A stretch of 64,000 nucleotides of DNA. Source: Monocercomonoides exilis PA203 (lineage: Eukaryota; Protista; Preaxostyla). The stretch is from NCBI GenBank assembly GCA_001643675.2, contig LSRY02000040.1:682001-746000 (forward strand). Direction: 5' to 3'. Below, piece by piece: positions 24,885-39,539 of the stretch. Numbering within the stretch: the stretch's first letter is position 1; every line of letters starts with the position of its first letter. The translations under genes and the position numbers were made by a program. The notes under the pieces are model-generated. The model was not told the DNA's origin, made no database searches, and worked only from the letters and a program-made list of their open reading frames with translations.

Positions 24885-27145
24885 ATGATTTCAAAAATCA
24901 TCCCTGTTTCTCAGAAAAGGATATCTATTCTCCTTCCTAGTATGTTGCATTATTTATTAAAAGTTTTGAGCAGTTTTGTGCAAATAACTCATCCAGCTTT
25001 CTATGGAGATGGATCATCTATTCTCATATTTCATTTTCTTTTGTATTTCTTTTGTTTGCTCCTTTCATTTCAACAACTTATCGAAAACATATGGAAAATT
25101 CCTGTGAAAAAGAATCTAATTAAGAAAATGTTCTTGCTTTTGATCACGCTATTTTTGCTTTTGCGCTCAATTTTTCTAATCGTTCCATTTCCATTTAAAA
25201 ATGCTACACTGCTCATAATTGTTACTCAACAAATTCCACGTTTCACTTTATTTCTTGGATGGCAATTTTTAGCTCTTTGGATTGGGAATGCAGTTTCAAA
25301 TGAACGATCTTCAAAATCATGCAGAGTATTTACCGGAATAACATTCTTTATTTTGTTTCTAACTGCATTTGTTGTAATGGTGATTGCCATGCCTATTTAT
25401 GATCTAACCCAAGGAAATAAGGAGGTTTGAAAGTTTTTTTAAAAGAATAGTTACAATTAACAGTAACAAAAGAAATTTGATGAATTTCTACCAATTTTTA
25501 ACTGGTTTCCTTACTTGCTAGTAGTGATTTCTATGGGATTGTATGGGGGCAGGCTGATATATGTTTTGCTTTCATCTTCGTATCGGCTTCGGAAACTGCA
25601 CTGGAGAGTTGTCTTGCTATGCCTGATGGTTGCAATATCTTTTTGCTGTTTTTTGTTTCGATTCTGTTGGGCTATTTTTTCAGCATTTGAAATAAATAAG
25701 CTTCACGACCATATGAACAAACACAGAGATGATTGCGTGAATAATGAGGATACATGGTTTGAAATTCTTCACACAATTTTTTGTCAATAATTTTGAAATG
25801 CCTTTTTCCAATAATATTTTGATGTCTCTTTGCTAATATCTTTATTAACGCATCCAACAAATACAAAAAAATATGATCTTATATGATAATAAAATTTCAA
25901 AAATAATGTGCTTTTCTTTCTTTCTTTTTTTGAAGCGAAAAATATTACTTTGAACATTTTATGTTTTATTTTTTCTCTGAGACTCTCCCTCCCTTCACTC
26001 TCTTGATCACATTTGTTCTTCTTGGAATTCGGACGCGTTCCAACAGCGGAGACGGGCAAGCCTATTCAGCAAGCTCTGGTTCTTCTTCTTTGGCTTCGTC
26101 TTCTTTATCTTCTTCTTCTTCTTGTGGAAGTAACACCATGTCAGACAGTTCCTCACTCCGTCGCTCTTCAAAGAGAACAAAGAGCAGAGCCGACAAAGAA
26201 AAACGGCTGCTGGAGGAGCACAGCCTGCAGGCGCGGGAAGAAATGGGGAGGAACTCACTGAACCTGTCAAAGCGAGGCAGCACGAAGAAGAAGAAGAAGA
26301 AGAAGAAAGACAAAACGAGTGCTGTGAGCAAGATCGAAGGGTACGATAACATCACAGACACAGATAGCTACGTCGACAGCAGCCACAGCGGAGCGAAAGC
26401 GAATGCTGTAATTGCAGTGGAGAAAACAGGGAAAGCGAGTCAAGCGAGTAAAGCAGGAAAAGCAGGAAAAGCAGGAAAAACAGGGAAATATGGAGAAAGG
26501 CAGAGAGCGGGAGAGGACCGAGCGGGGAGGAGTGGAAGTGGAGCGTCAGTGAATGTGGCGGAGACAGGGTGGGTGCCAGAGGCAGAGACAATCACGAGCG
26601 AAGTGCTGTCGAAGGGAAGTGCAGTGCACAAAAGCAGCAGCAGTCAGAAGGGAAGTGCAAAACGGAGGCAAAGTCAGGTGGAGAAGGAGGTGTCGAATCA
26701 GGAAGGAAACATAAGAAGGAGCAGGAGGCGAGGCGAAGGGCACGAGATTTGGAGAGAAAGCAGAGAAGGCTGTGTGGTAGATGAGAGGAGGGAAAGGTTT
26801 GAGATTGAAAGAGCAGGAGAAGACGAGAGGGGAGTGGCAAGGAGGAGTGAAAGGGCAGCGTTGCAGGGGTATCAGGCGAATTACATGGAGGCTGCCCAGC
26901 TGAGTGTGAGTGGGTATACACCCGATGATTACTATCAGGAGCAAGCAATGCGGATGAGAGGAGAAGAGCATTGCTACTATGCAGCAACTGAGCCACCAGT
27001 AGAAAGAGAAAGAGACAGAGACAGAGAAAGAGAAAGAGAGAGGGAAAGGGAAAGTGAATGTTTACTTTCTGACAGAGGAGATCAGCTACCGTTTAGGGGA
27101 TATCCAGCATATCTGAGCAATGCAGGCAATTTGTGGACGGAGTGA
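24885..27145 (+). CDS. THH1/TOM1/TOM3-domain (GPR137-like) multi-pass membrane protein with a long low-complexity C-tail; 2 introns
   Basis: About 7 hydrophobic segments. Motifs LLLRSIF, IPRFTLFLGWQFLALW, LFRFCW and FFSETLP follow the TOM1/GPR137 pattern. Introns near 25425-25471 and 25758-25935. Confidence 0.65.
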
Positions 27146-28067
27146 AAGAATTCAAAAAAAAGAAAAGAAAAGAAAAGAAAAGAAAAGAAACATAAATTAA
27201 TATTTTTCGAAGTGAAAAGAACAGAATTTCAATTATTGCTTGTGAAATGAGTGAAAGATATTTGGGTTTATCGAAAGCTCCGAAGGAGGAGATTGTTTGT
27301 GATAAGCTCTGTCTGTTCGCTTTCTATGTTTCATTGCAAAAAATGAAAAAAATAAAAGGCGAATGAGTTTCCTTTTAAAAATGTGATGTTGTTCGAATGA
27401 TTGTTCTCTGTTTCATGTAATTTAAAAATGGATTGTTATTGATGATGCTGATGCTGCTGCTGATGATGATGATGATGAATTTCTTTTGAAAGAGATTGAA
27501 TAAAAATTTCCGTTTATTGAGAGTTATTTTCGAGAGAAATAATTTTTATGTTTATCATCTTCATGCTGTTGCTTTGTTTACCAATTCTTTGTCTCCTTCA
27601 AACTGTGTTTTTTTTATTGAAATAAGCTGTTTTTCCTTTTTACAATGGGTGTTCCTTCTCGATTCTTTGTTTTATCAAAAATTATTATAACTGAATACTC
27701 TCTTTTTCAGTAATTCTTCAGACCTTGAACTTCTTCACTTTGATAATTATTAAGATTTTAAAGATTTGTTCAATTTGATTTAATTTTAAGATATTTGTTA
27801 ATGCTAACATTTTCGTTTATCAAACCAGATTTTATTTGCGATTTGAACTTTTAATGTTTTATTTTTAATATGTGTGAATGCTTCTTTCATTTTTTTCTGT
27901 TCGATTCACGAAAAATCAAAAAGAATTATAATCATTGAAGAATCGCATGTTTTTATAAGTTGTGCATCAAACAATTTAATTATGAATCAAAATGCAATTA
28001 TGATACGAAGTCCTTTTGTGAAATCTTTGTTCTGAATGATCGTTGTAACCATCATAGTTCTCTTCAA

Positions 28068-29744
28068 ATGAATGTTGACAGATTATGCTCTATCTCCGAG
28101 GAAGACTATCGTTTTGAGCCATTTCGAACGGTTCAAACAGGAACAAAAAATTATATAAAATGTGCCAACAGATGTGAGTTATTTCCCCCATCATCTCAGC
28201 CTTACAGAAGACTTGTTGGAATTTCTGGAGATATTTCTCTTGTCGCAACATGGAATCCAGCTACAAATGTGCGTATTTTTTTATACAGATATTTGTAGAA
28301 CACATTATTTTAATTTTTTTCACAGGATGGGTACACAATGATTTGGATGCATGACTCAACGAATTGGGTCTGCTCTCCAATTCTACGAACTCCTCATTGC
28401 GATATCATAGCTGCTTCACTGAGCCCAGACTTCTCTTTTCTGATTTTTACCACTTTAGGAACTAATCCAAAAACTCAAGGCATTGTCTTTCCCGAAAACT
28501 ATGAAACTATTCTTGTTGACCTTAGAGCAACAAATGAAGCTTTACAACATGTAATACAAACAGGAAAAGATTATCAAAGAGCACACGTTTGGAATAATTA
28601 ATTTATTTAACGACACTGTCATTTTTTTAAATGATTTTCATTCAGTTCTTTCCCGATTATTCAGCAGACAAAATTCATTTTGTATTGTACACAGAGAAAA
28701 TACGAATTCAATATTATGTTTTAAAAAGATATAAAGTGTGAAATTTAATTATTTAACACTTCTTTCATTTTTAATGCGTTTTGTAAATGAAAATGTTTTC
28801 TATCAAATGAATTTTCAACTTATGCAATTTCAAATTAAAAAACTCACAATTTTTTTCCCCCTCCATCTTCTGCAGACCGAAAGCACTTTGGACATCAAGC
28901 AGCAGCAGCGGCATTTTGTGGAGCCCAAAAGCGAGATTGTGGTAGAAGAGCCGATTTGGATGACTGCAGATGAAGATAGAATATTCTGTGTGGCGACGAA
29001 GGACAACTCGAAGTCGTTTGCGTTGCTCGGATTTCGCTTTCTGCTCAACCAGGAGCCAATTGCAATGCTTAGCAGACCTCTGGCTAAGGTTTGTGTGTCG
29101 TTTTTGTGAGTTATTGTTAATTTTTTGTTTTTTTTTATATTAACTTCACAAAAATTTTGCTTTTTTTTTTAATTAATTTATTTGTTCGCATTGAATCTTT
29201 TAATAATATAAATATCTATTTCTTTTTCTCTCTCCTTTCCTCTCTCTTTTATTTTCTCTTCTCTTCCTTCCCCCTCCCTCACCACCCCCCCCCCTTCCCT
29301 TCCCCTCCCCCGCCTCACTTCTTTTCCCAGTTCTTCTACCCTCCACCTCCATTCCCCCCCACCGCTCTTCCTCCCTCCTTCTCCTATCTGCAAGGCTGCA
29401 GAAACACCCACCTCCATCTGCATCTTGTGCGTCTGAGAGGAGATATTCACGTGCTTGTCCAGCAGCATTTGATTAAACCTCCCTTTTTCCCTCCTTCCTC
29501 TTTGTTGGACTCAGCAGAATACAGAGTGAAGGCGAAGAGAAAGGCAGTGGCGAGGCTGGAGAGGGAGAAGTTGCAGAGATTGAGAGAGGAGGAGGAGGAG
29601 GAGGAAGAAGAAGAAGAAGAAGAAGGAAAAGAAGAGGGAGAAGAGGATGAAGGGAAAAGATCTAAGAACAATAGTGGTTTGTGTTAAAGTCTTCCATTGT
29701 ATTTCTTTTAATTAATTAATTATTTATTTATTTTCATTTTCATT

Positions 29745-29800
<56 letters not shown>

Positions 29801-29907
29801 TTTTCCTTCCTTTTTTTTATTCGCCATCCATTTTCTTTCTCTTTTTCATATTTGCATTTTATTTGTGATAATATTTTTGATGTTTGCATCGAAATAATAA
29901 TATCTTT

Positions 29908-30003
<96 letters not shown>

Positions 30004-30661
30004 ATTTATTTATTTATTTATTTATTTATTCTCAACAACATCAAAATTTTTAACATTTTTATCCCTTTCCCCCTCTCTCAATAGCATTGCATCCCTCTCT
30101 TCGCATGATCCATTCATCCAAACACACAAAACATTCTTCTTCTTCAAATTTTTCCTCTTTTTCCTCCTCCTCCTCTTTTTCTCCTTCCTCTTCCTCTTCC
30201 TCTTCTTCCTTCCACATTCCCTTCCGCCCTTCTTCTTCTTTCCTCTCCTCTTGTTTGCCTTTAGAAACCTCTCTTTTAACTCCCATGAAGAGCAGATATT
30301 TAACCAATTGCATTGTTCTTGACTTGTACTTGCTGAAAAAGGAAGAAACGGGGAAATATCAGTTTTATCTTCCTCTGCAGAAGATGAGGAAGAATAAACT
30401 GGAGGAGAAAAGAGGGGAAAGAGAGGAAAGAGAGGAAAGAGAAGAAATGAGGCAGAGGTGGAATGCCAAAGTAGCTGAGGAAATTAGAAGGAGGAGGGAG
30501 AAGAGGGAGAAGAGGGAGAAGGAGAAGGAAGAGAAAGAGAAAGAGAAAGAGAAAGAGAAGAAGAAGAATATGAATGACAGTAAAGATAATAATAATAATA
30601 ATAATAATAACAATGCAGATACAACCATGAATAACAATGAAGAAGGAACAAGAAATAATAT

Positions 30662-30694
<33 letters not shown>

Positions 30695-32478
30695 TTCTTC
30701 TTCCTCCTCCTCCTCCTCTTCCTCTTCTTCCTCTTCCTCTTCCTCTTCCTCTTCCTCTTCTTCTTCCTCTTCCTCCTCTTCTTTGTATGATCGATTTCCT
30801 CAACACATTTATTCAGCCACTTCAGTCAGCGCTCAGCCTTCTCTTCGACCTTACACTTCACTCTCTTCTTCTCGTTCTCCTTCTCCTCCTTTCTCTTCTC
30901 CTTCTCCTTCTCCTTCTCCTTCTCCTTCTTCTTTTAATTCTTCTTCTTCTTCTTCGTCTTCTCTTTCTTCCTCTTCTAACAAACAATTCCATTCTCGCAA
31001 TATGTCAACACCATTGCAATCATCATCATCATCATCATCTTCTTCTTCTTCCTTCTATTCTCATGCTTCCTCTTCCTCTTTCTCTTCCTCCTCTTCCTCT
31101 TCTTCCTCCTCTTCCACCTCCTCCTTCCTCTCCGCCTTCTCCCCTCTCCACTCCGTCCCTTCCCTCACCTCCTCCTCCCTCCATTCAAACCTCCTTCTTT
31201 CTTCTCTTCTCCGCCACAACCGCATCTTCTGCGGCTCCTTTGCTGATATGCTCCTCATCTTCCTGCCAAACGAGTTTCTTCAGTTTATTGACTGTTCTCC
31301 TCAGCATTTGCCGATGATTTCGCTGGCAGTGAAGGTGAAGGACAAAAGAAGCGAGGAGGAGTTGGAGAGGATGATGGAGGAGCTGGGGGAGAAGAGAGGG
31401 AGAGGGAGAAGAGAAGGAAATGCGAATGCTATTTCATCAGTTTCATCTTCATCATCATCATCATCATCTTCTTCTTCTTTTTCTCTCACCCCATACAATT
31501 CACCTTCTTCTTCCTCTTCTTTCTCCTCTTCCTCCTCCTCTTCCTTTTCTTCTTCTTCTCCTCTCCTCTCTGCCTCTTCCCTCTTCCCCTTCCACCTCCA
31601 CTCTATCCCTTCCCATCCTCCCCTGCTCCATTCCTCGGAGGGGCTTTCCCTTTCTGCCATTGACTCGCCTTTCTCTTCAAAGGAGGCGTTTTTCTCTTCT
31701 TTCATTGCGAAAAAATCTTCTCTGAAATCGCAGTCAACTTCGATGGCGTTTGCGAAGCTGGACATCAAACAGATGAAGCTGCCGACGCTGCTGCTGATGC
31801 AACAACAACAACAACAACAGAAACAACAACAAATGAAGGAGAAAGAGAAGGAGAAAGAGAAAACAAAGGAGAAAGAGAAGAAAGAGAGAGAAAGAGAAAG
31901 AGAGAGGGAGAAAGAGAAAGAAAAAGAGAAATCAGAAAAACCAGAGAAGAAGAAAGGCTTTTTTGCGTCTCTTTTCTCACGCAGCAAAGGAGAAAGCCAG
32001 CCTGCTTATTCACACAGCGGAGAAGGGAGTGGGAAATTCGAGATGTCAGCGATAATTCGCTATGCTAAAGCTATTTCTCTGCTTTCTTTAGGGGCGAATG
32101 GATTAAGTTCATCTTCTCTTTCTTCCTCCTCCTCTTCTTCTTCGAATAACACTCAAAATTCTGTTGGAAACACATCAGTTTCTGCCTTCGCTTCAGCTCT
32201 TCCTTCTCCTCTTCCTTCTCCTTCTTCTTCTACCTCTTCTTCATCTTCCTCCTCCTCCTCCTCTTCTTCTTCTTCTTCATTTAATTCTTCTTCCTCTTCT
32301 TCTTCTCTCTCTCTCTTCTATCGAGGCAGGCCAATCTCCTATCAGTTTGATTCTCTCAGAGAAACAGACAAATACGTCCATTTCTTTGTGGATGCTGCGT
32401 CTCCTGCTGTTTACTCGTATTCTGTCGATATATGGGCATTGGCAAGGTTGATACACCCGATGAAGTATGTGAGTGAGA

Positions 32479-32526
<48 letters not shown>

Positions 32527-35500
32527 TTATTTTTTATTTTATTTTATTTTATTTTTTTCATTTTTTATTTCAATTTGTTATTTTATTTTATCATTAATGA
32601 ATTAATTTTTTCATATTTATAATAATGATTTTTAATTCTTCATCCTTCCTTCTCTTTCTCTTCCTCCTCTCTCCTTCCTTCTCTTCTCTCTCCTCCTCTC
32701 TCTTTCTCTTTCTCTTTCTCTTTCTCTTTCTCTCTCTCCTCCTCTCCTTCTCCTCCTCTCCTTCTCCTCAGATCCTCCGATGTCCTCACCCTCATCCACA
32801 TCTCTCTCCTCCATCTCAACGAAATCCCCTTCACCCGCGTCCTTCTCCAGCACTTGTTCATCCATTCTCCTCACTTGCTCTCCATCTCCCTCTTCACTGA
32901 AATCCTCTTAGCTTTGCCTTTTGCTTGTCTATTGCAGAATAATAAACTGCCTCAAAATGTTCATTTTGATGGAAGTAATGGAGTGATGGCTGGTTCTTAT
33001 GGATTGATTTCTTCATCATCATCTTCTTCTTCAAATTCTTCTTCGTCTTCTTCGTCTTCTTCTTCATTTGGTCATTTGAGTGGAGATATATCTCTTATTA
33101 CTAGAGGCATTACAGCAGCTACTGGAAGCGGAATAATTAGTAGTGCGAATGGAGGAGGTATAATTTCTCCGAACTTTATTTCTCCGTTGAAAGAACTGAG
33201 AAAAGTGAAGTTGTCAACAACAGCGTTTATTCCCCCTCTGCCTCTGCTTGTGATGATAATGCGAAGGGGAATGCTGGGAAAATGTGGGATGGGAGGAGAA
33301 AGCGGGGAAATTATGGGTAAAAAACGAAATAATAATTATGGAAATATTGGTTATGGTTATAAAAATAAAAAATATTATAAAAGTTGTAAAAGTCAAAAAA
33401 CAAATAGGAATAAAAATAATGGTTATTATGATTATAACAATGATGGGAAAATTGAGAAGTATGGAAGAGTTGGAAGACAAGAAGGAAAAGAAGGAAAAGA
33501 AGGAAAAGAAGGAAAAGAGATGGTTGTTAGAAGGCAGAAAAGTGTGGGAAGGGAAAATGAAATATTTGAAGAACTGATGAATGAGATGAGAAGCAGGAGA
33601 AAAGGAAGAAAAGGAGGAAAAGTGAGAGGAAAAGAAAGAGAAGATGAAAGAGAAGGGGAGGAAGAAGAAGATAACGTTGATGAGTTTGAAGAAGAAGAAG
33701 AATATGAAGAAGAAGAGGAAGAAGAAGGAGAAGAAGAGGAAATATTTGATATTGAGAGTATGTTGAATGAAGGAGAAGAGGAAGCGATGAGAAGGAGAAG
33801 GATAATGGAGAGGAAGAAGAAGAGGAAGAAGAAGCAAGAGAAGATGAAGACGAAGAGGGGAAAGAAGAATGTTTCATTTGGAAGAGGAGATAAAAAGGAA
33901 GAAGAAGAAGTGATTATGAGACAGAAAGATGGAGATTCTTTGAAGGAAAATGGGGTAAATAATGAAACTAACTACAATGTTGATGATGAAAAGATGAAGA
34001 AAGAGAAAGAGAAGGAGAAGGAGAAGGAGAGGGAGAAAGAGAAGGAGAAAGAAATAAAAAAAAATAATATTTCTAAACAAAACATTTCATATTCTTCTTC
34101 TTTTTCTTCTTCTTCTTCCTCTTCTTCCTCTTATCCATATCCAATCAAATTGAAAGGTCTGTTCAGAAATAGAGGAGAAAGAGGTTTAACAGCTGCTACA
34201 TCGATCATTGAATTCTGGAAGAAGAAAGAGAAAGAGAAGAAGAAAGAGAAGGAAAAGAAACAATTAGAAGAGGAAAAGAAAGAAGGAGAAAGAGAAGGAG
34301 AAGGAGAAAGAGAAGAAAGAAAGAGAAGGAGAAAGAAAAATGAGCAAGAGAATGAAGAAAACAGAGAAAACAAAATAGAAAAAGAAGAAAAAGAAAAAGA
34401 AGAGGAAGAAGAAGATGAGAAGGAAGAAGAAAGGTTATATAATATTCGTAATTTTGGTGAAGAATTCAACAGATGGAATGACTCTATGCCTGCAGAAAAG
34501 AAAGTGAAGAGGAAGAAGGAGAAGGAGAAGGAGAAAGAGAAGGAGAAGGAGAAAGAGAAAGAAAGAGAAAGAGATAAAATAAAAGAAAGAGAAGAAGAAA
34601 GAGAAGGAGAAGGAGAAAGAGAAGGAGAAAATTCAAAAATAACAGAAAATGAAGAAATAAATCATCCTAATCATGTTTCATCATCATCATCATCATCATC
34701 AACAGGTCTTTCATTCACACACAGCAACATTTCTTCGGCACCTGTTAGATTGCTTCCTCAAACAAAAGAGGAAAAGGAGAAGAAGGAGAAGGAGAAAGAA
34801 AAAGAAAAAGAGAAAGAGAAAGAAGAGATTGAAAATGATACTAATGAAGCTATTGATACTGATATTACAGCTTCATCTTCCTCTTCTGTTTCTTCATCTT
34901 CCTCTTCATCTTCTCATTCTTCTTCTTCTTCTTCTTCTTCTTCTTCTTCTTCTTCTTCTGTTTCTTCTTCTTCTTCTTCTTCTTCTTCTTCTTCTTCTTC
35001 TTCTTCTTCTTCTTCTTCTTCTTCTTCTTCTTCTTCTTCTTCTTCTTTTTCTTCCTCTTCATCTTCCTCTTCATCTTCTCATTCTTCTTCTTCTTCTTCT
35101 TCTTCTGTTTCTTCTTCTTCTTCTTCTTCCATTTCTTCTTCATCTTTACAAACTCCTCTTTCTTCTGATAGAAAACATGCTCTAATCACTCCAATCAAAG
35201 ATGACGAAGAAAAAGAAGCAATGCATCATTCGCTCAAAGAAGAAGAGGAAGAAAACAAAGAAAACGAAGAAGAAGAAGGAAAAGGAAAAGGAAAAGGAAA
35301 AGAGGAAAAAGAAGGAAAATTAAAAGAAGAAGAAGAAGGAAAAGAAGAAGGAAATGAAGAAAAAGAAGAAGAAGAAGATGATGATGATGAAGAAAGCAAT
35401 GCAGATTCCTCCAGTGAAGAACTGCAGTGTCTCTTTCTTCATTCCCCTCCTCCTCCTCCTTCTCCCCCTCCTTCTTCTCTTCCATTCTCTTTGCCCATCT

Positions 35501-38500
35501 CAAACAACAGCAACATCAGCAGCAGCAGCAGCAGTAGCTCTTCATTCACTCCTTCTCTTAGTTCTCTTTCTCCTTCTTCTTATGGCGAAAATTATTCGGA
35601 TTCGGCTTATTTCTTTTCTTCTTCTTCCTCTTCCTCTTCTTCTTCTTCTTCCTCTGCTTCTTCCTCTTCTTCTCTTCTCAATTCACGTGTTATTCTTCCT
35701 TTCTCTCTCTCTTCTAAAATAAGAAAACTTTCTTCTTCTTCTTCTTCTTCTTCTTCTTCTTCTTCTTCTTCTTCTTCTTCTCCATCTCCTTCTCTTCCTT
35801 ATCTTCTCTATAAAGCTGTTGATACTTCTTCTCTTGCTCCTCAATCTATTTCTTCAACTGCTTCTTCTTCTTCTTCCTCTTCTTCTTCTTCTTCCTCTTC
35901 CTCTTCCTCTCCTCTTTCTTCTCCTTCTCCTTCTACTTCTTCCTATTCTTCTTCTTCAAATGCAATGAAAAGAGGGTATTATAGAGAAAGAAGTGAAGAA
36001 GAAGAAGAGGAAGATTATGAAGAAGAAGAAGAAGAAGGGGAAGAAGAAGAAGATGATGATGAAGATGCTATTTATCAAAGAAGGAGAATGAGAAGAAATA
36101 AAGAAAGCGAAAGAGAAAGGAGGAGGAGGAGGAGAAGAGAAAGAGAGAAGAAAAGAGATAAAAGATTGGAGGTGATGATGAGAAATGTTAATGAAAGAAG
36201 AGGAAGTAGAGAAGAAGGAGAAGGAGAAGGAGAAGATAAAATAAGAGGAAGAGGAAGGGGAAGGGGAAGAGAAGAAGAAGAAGAAGAAGAAGAAAGTGAA
36301 ATGGAAGATGATGAAGATGAAGATGAAGAAGAAGAAGATGAAGAAGAAGAAGGATATTTCAGAAGAGGAAGAAGATATCGAAATAGGAACAGCAACACAG
36401 AGGAAGAAGAAGAAGATGATGATGATGAAGGGGAATATAGAACACATAATCAATCAGCAAACAGCTTCTCGGAAAGAGAAGAAGAAGAAGAAAGAGAAAG
36501 AGGAGAAGGAGAAGGAGAAGAAGAAGATTTTGAAGCAAACGAATTTTCCAATCCAATTTTTGTGGATTCAGATGAAGAGCTGTTTAACAATCCATATTTT
36601 GCGTTGCATTACAACCATCTTCAGAAGAGGCATCATATTCACAGCCATCATTCGTATTTAGGAGGAGGAGGAGAAGGAGGAAGAGAAAGAGAAGAAGGAA
36701 GAGAAAGAGGAGAAAGAGAAGGAAGAGGAAGAGGAAGAGGGGGAAGAGGGGGAAGAAGCAATGCTTATGACGTGATTGGTTCTGGAAGCTCTTCTTATCA
36801 GAATCAGAACATGAATGGAAGAAGTGAAGGAGATAGTGTTAAGTTGTATGGCACACACAAACATGGAAGAAATGTGCATAGCCATCACACACACCACAGT
36901 GGAGGTAATCAAAATCTTAATCCTAATTCTTCTTCTTCTTCTTCTTCTTCTTCTTCTTTGAGTGCTTCTTCAAATAGCGAAAGAGGAAAGATGCTGTCAT
37001 TCAACGAAACAGGAGAAGATTCTGATAATTCTTCAAAGGAAAGCGAAAGTTCTTCTTCTTCCTCCTCATCCTCCTCCTCTTCTTCCTCTTCTTCCTCTTC
37101 TTCATCTTCATTTGTTGCACCAATGAATAAACGCCCAGGGAATGTTGCATCTTCCAATTCAACTGCTTCTTCTTCTTCCTTTTCTTCTGTTGTTTCTGAT
37201 GGAAGAATAAATTCATCCATTTCATCATCATCTTCTTCTTCCTCCTCTTCCTCTTCTCATTCTTCTTCTTCTTCATTCCCTTATTCTTCTTCTCCTCCTC
37301 CTTCTTCTTCTTCATATCATCGCTCTCTTGTTGACAAACATCCATACGATGCAAGCGAAACGTCGAGTTCTTCTGAGGCAGAAGTCACTTTCATTGAGCA
37401 AGTGGCGAAGTTGAATGAGATTGAGCGAGAAGCGAAGAAAGAGATGGGGAGAAGAGGAAATGTTCATAACTTGTCGCTTTCACAGATAAGCTATGAGGAG
37501 AATAAAGGGGGGAATAAGTATGGGAGAGGAGGGAGAGGAGAGGGAGAGGGAGGAAGAGAAAGAGGAGAAAGAGAAGGAAGAGAAGGAAGAGGAGGAAATT
37601 ACGAAACTGAAGCAAGACAACACAGGAAAGACTCATCCATAAGCAAATCACAAAGATATCCAACTTCAATGAAAGCGCAAAGAAACCGATTTATTTCGCA
37701 GCAAGAGCTAATTCCCCGCCATTTGGGAACGCAGCAGCTGTTGGAGGAGATTCAGAAGGAGAACAAACGCAAGCAGAAACAGATCAAAAAATCGTCGTTG
37801 CATCTTCTTCCTCCTTCGCTGCAGGAGAACGAGGTGTATGCAGCAGAGCAGAGCTATCGTACTGAGCAGTTCTTCTATTATGTGGATCTGTTGACGACGA
37901 AGTATGATGAACAGCAGGGGAATAGAGAAAGAGAGAAGGAGAGGGAGAGAGGAAGAGAGAGAGAGAGAATGAGGATAAGAGGAAGAGAAGGAAGAGAAGG
38001 AAGAGAGAAGGGAAGAGAAGGAGGAAATGGAAGTGGAAGAGGAAGAGGAGAAAGAGGAGAAAGAGAAGAGGAGAAGGGAAGAAGAGAAAACAAAAGAATA
38101 AACACATATTTGGAATGGCTGGAGAAAGGAAACGGAGCCAAAATGAGTCAAAAAGAACAATATTCAGCATTCTTGTCATTCTACCGAAGAGAAGGAAGCA
38201 GAAGAAACAAGAACAATAAAAATTATGATTATAACTCAGAAGGAGAAGGAGAAGAAGAAGAAGAAGAAGAAGAAAGCTATCTGTCAGGAAATGGAGCTAA
38301 TAATAATACCAGTTTCAGTGCAAAGCAAGGCAATCGAAGTGCGTTTTCTCCCTTTTTGCCTCAGCCTCTTCTTTCTCATTCGCAGCAGGTTCTTCTGAGG
38401 AGGAAGATGTATCAGATATGCAAGTATTTCATAGCAGTGAACAATTTGAAGATCAAAATGAACAATTCGATGCAGGAAGAGATGCCGACAAGGATCCTGG

Positions 38501-39406
38501 AGTGGATGGAGCTGCCGAATTGGTGTGTGGAGGAGAGAGAGAAAGGAGAGAGAAAGAGAAAGAGAGAAAGAGAGAGAGAGAGAAAAGGAGAAAAAGAAAG
38601 AAAGAAATATTTTTTTTTTAATTTTTTATTTCAATTTGTAATTTGATTATCTTCTTTATCTTCTTTTCCATCTTTCTTTTTCACACAAATATATTTATTT
38701 AAATTTATTTCTTTATTTCTTTCTTTCTTTATTTGTTTATTTATTTTTTAAAATTCCCTTTTTTTCTTCATTCTCCAGCATTGTTCTCCAGCTTCTCCGT
38801 CGTTCCATCCTCACTTTGTCCCCTCCTTGTTACCTCAAATACATCCAGAGAGAATTTGAGAATGCTAAATCTTATCAATCTTGGGCGCAAACCACGCCAA
38901 ACACTGGAATTGCTGGCAATTTGCTTTCTTCCCCGATTTTCTCCTCGTTTTCTTCTTCTTTCTCTTCTTCTTCTTCCTTTTCTTCTTCCTCCTCCTCCTC
39001 CTCTTCTTCTTCTTCCCCGTTTTCTGATGAGCAATCGAAAATTCCTATGTTTGCGACTCCCTCATTCACTAAAGCCCTCTCAGCTACTCATCTCACACAC
39101 GACAAGGATCTGACTATGGCTGTGAGATTCATCACTAGATATGTATGTGTTGCAGATGTATTTTTCTGAGTTATTTTTTCTTTTTTCTTTTAACTTTTTT
39201 CTTTTTTCTTTTTTTCTTTTTAACTTTATTTATAATTTTTAATTTTCTTTATTTTTATCTTTCTCTCTCTCTATATATGTATATGTATATGTATATTGCA
39301 ATATATTCTTCTTATCTCTCTAAATGTCCTCTATATTTCAATTTATTTCTATTTATTTCTATTTATTATTTAATACTTCACATATGTTCATATATTCCTT
39401 TCCAAA

Positions 39407-39437
<31 letters not shown>

Positions 39438-39448
39438 AATAAAATAAA

Positions 39449-39539
<91 letters not shown>

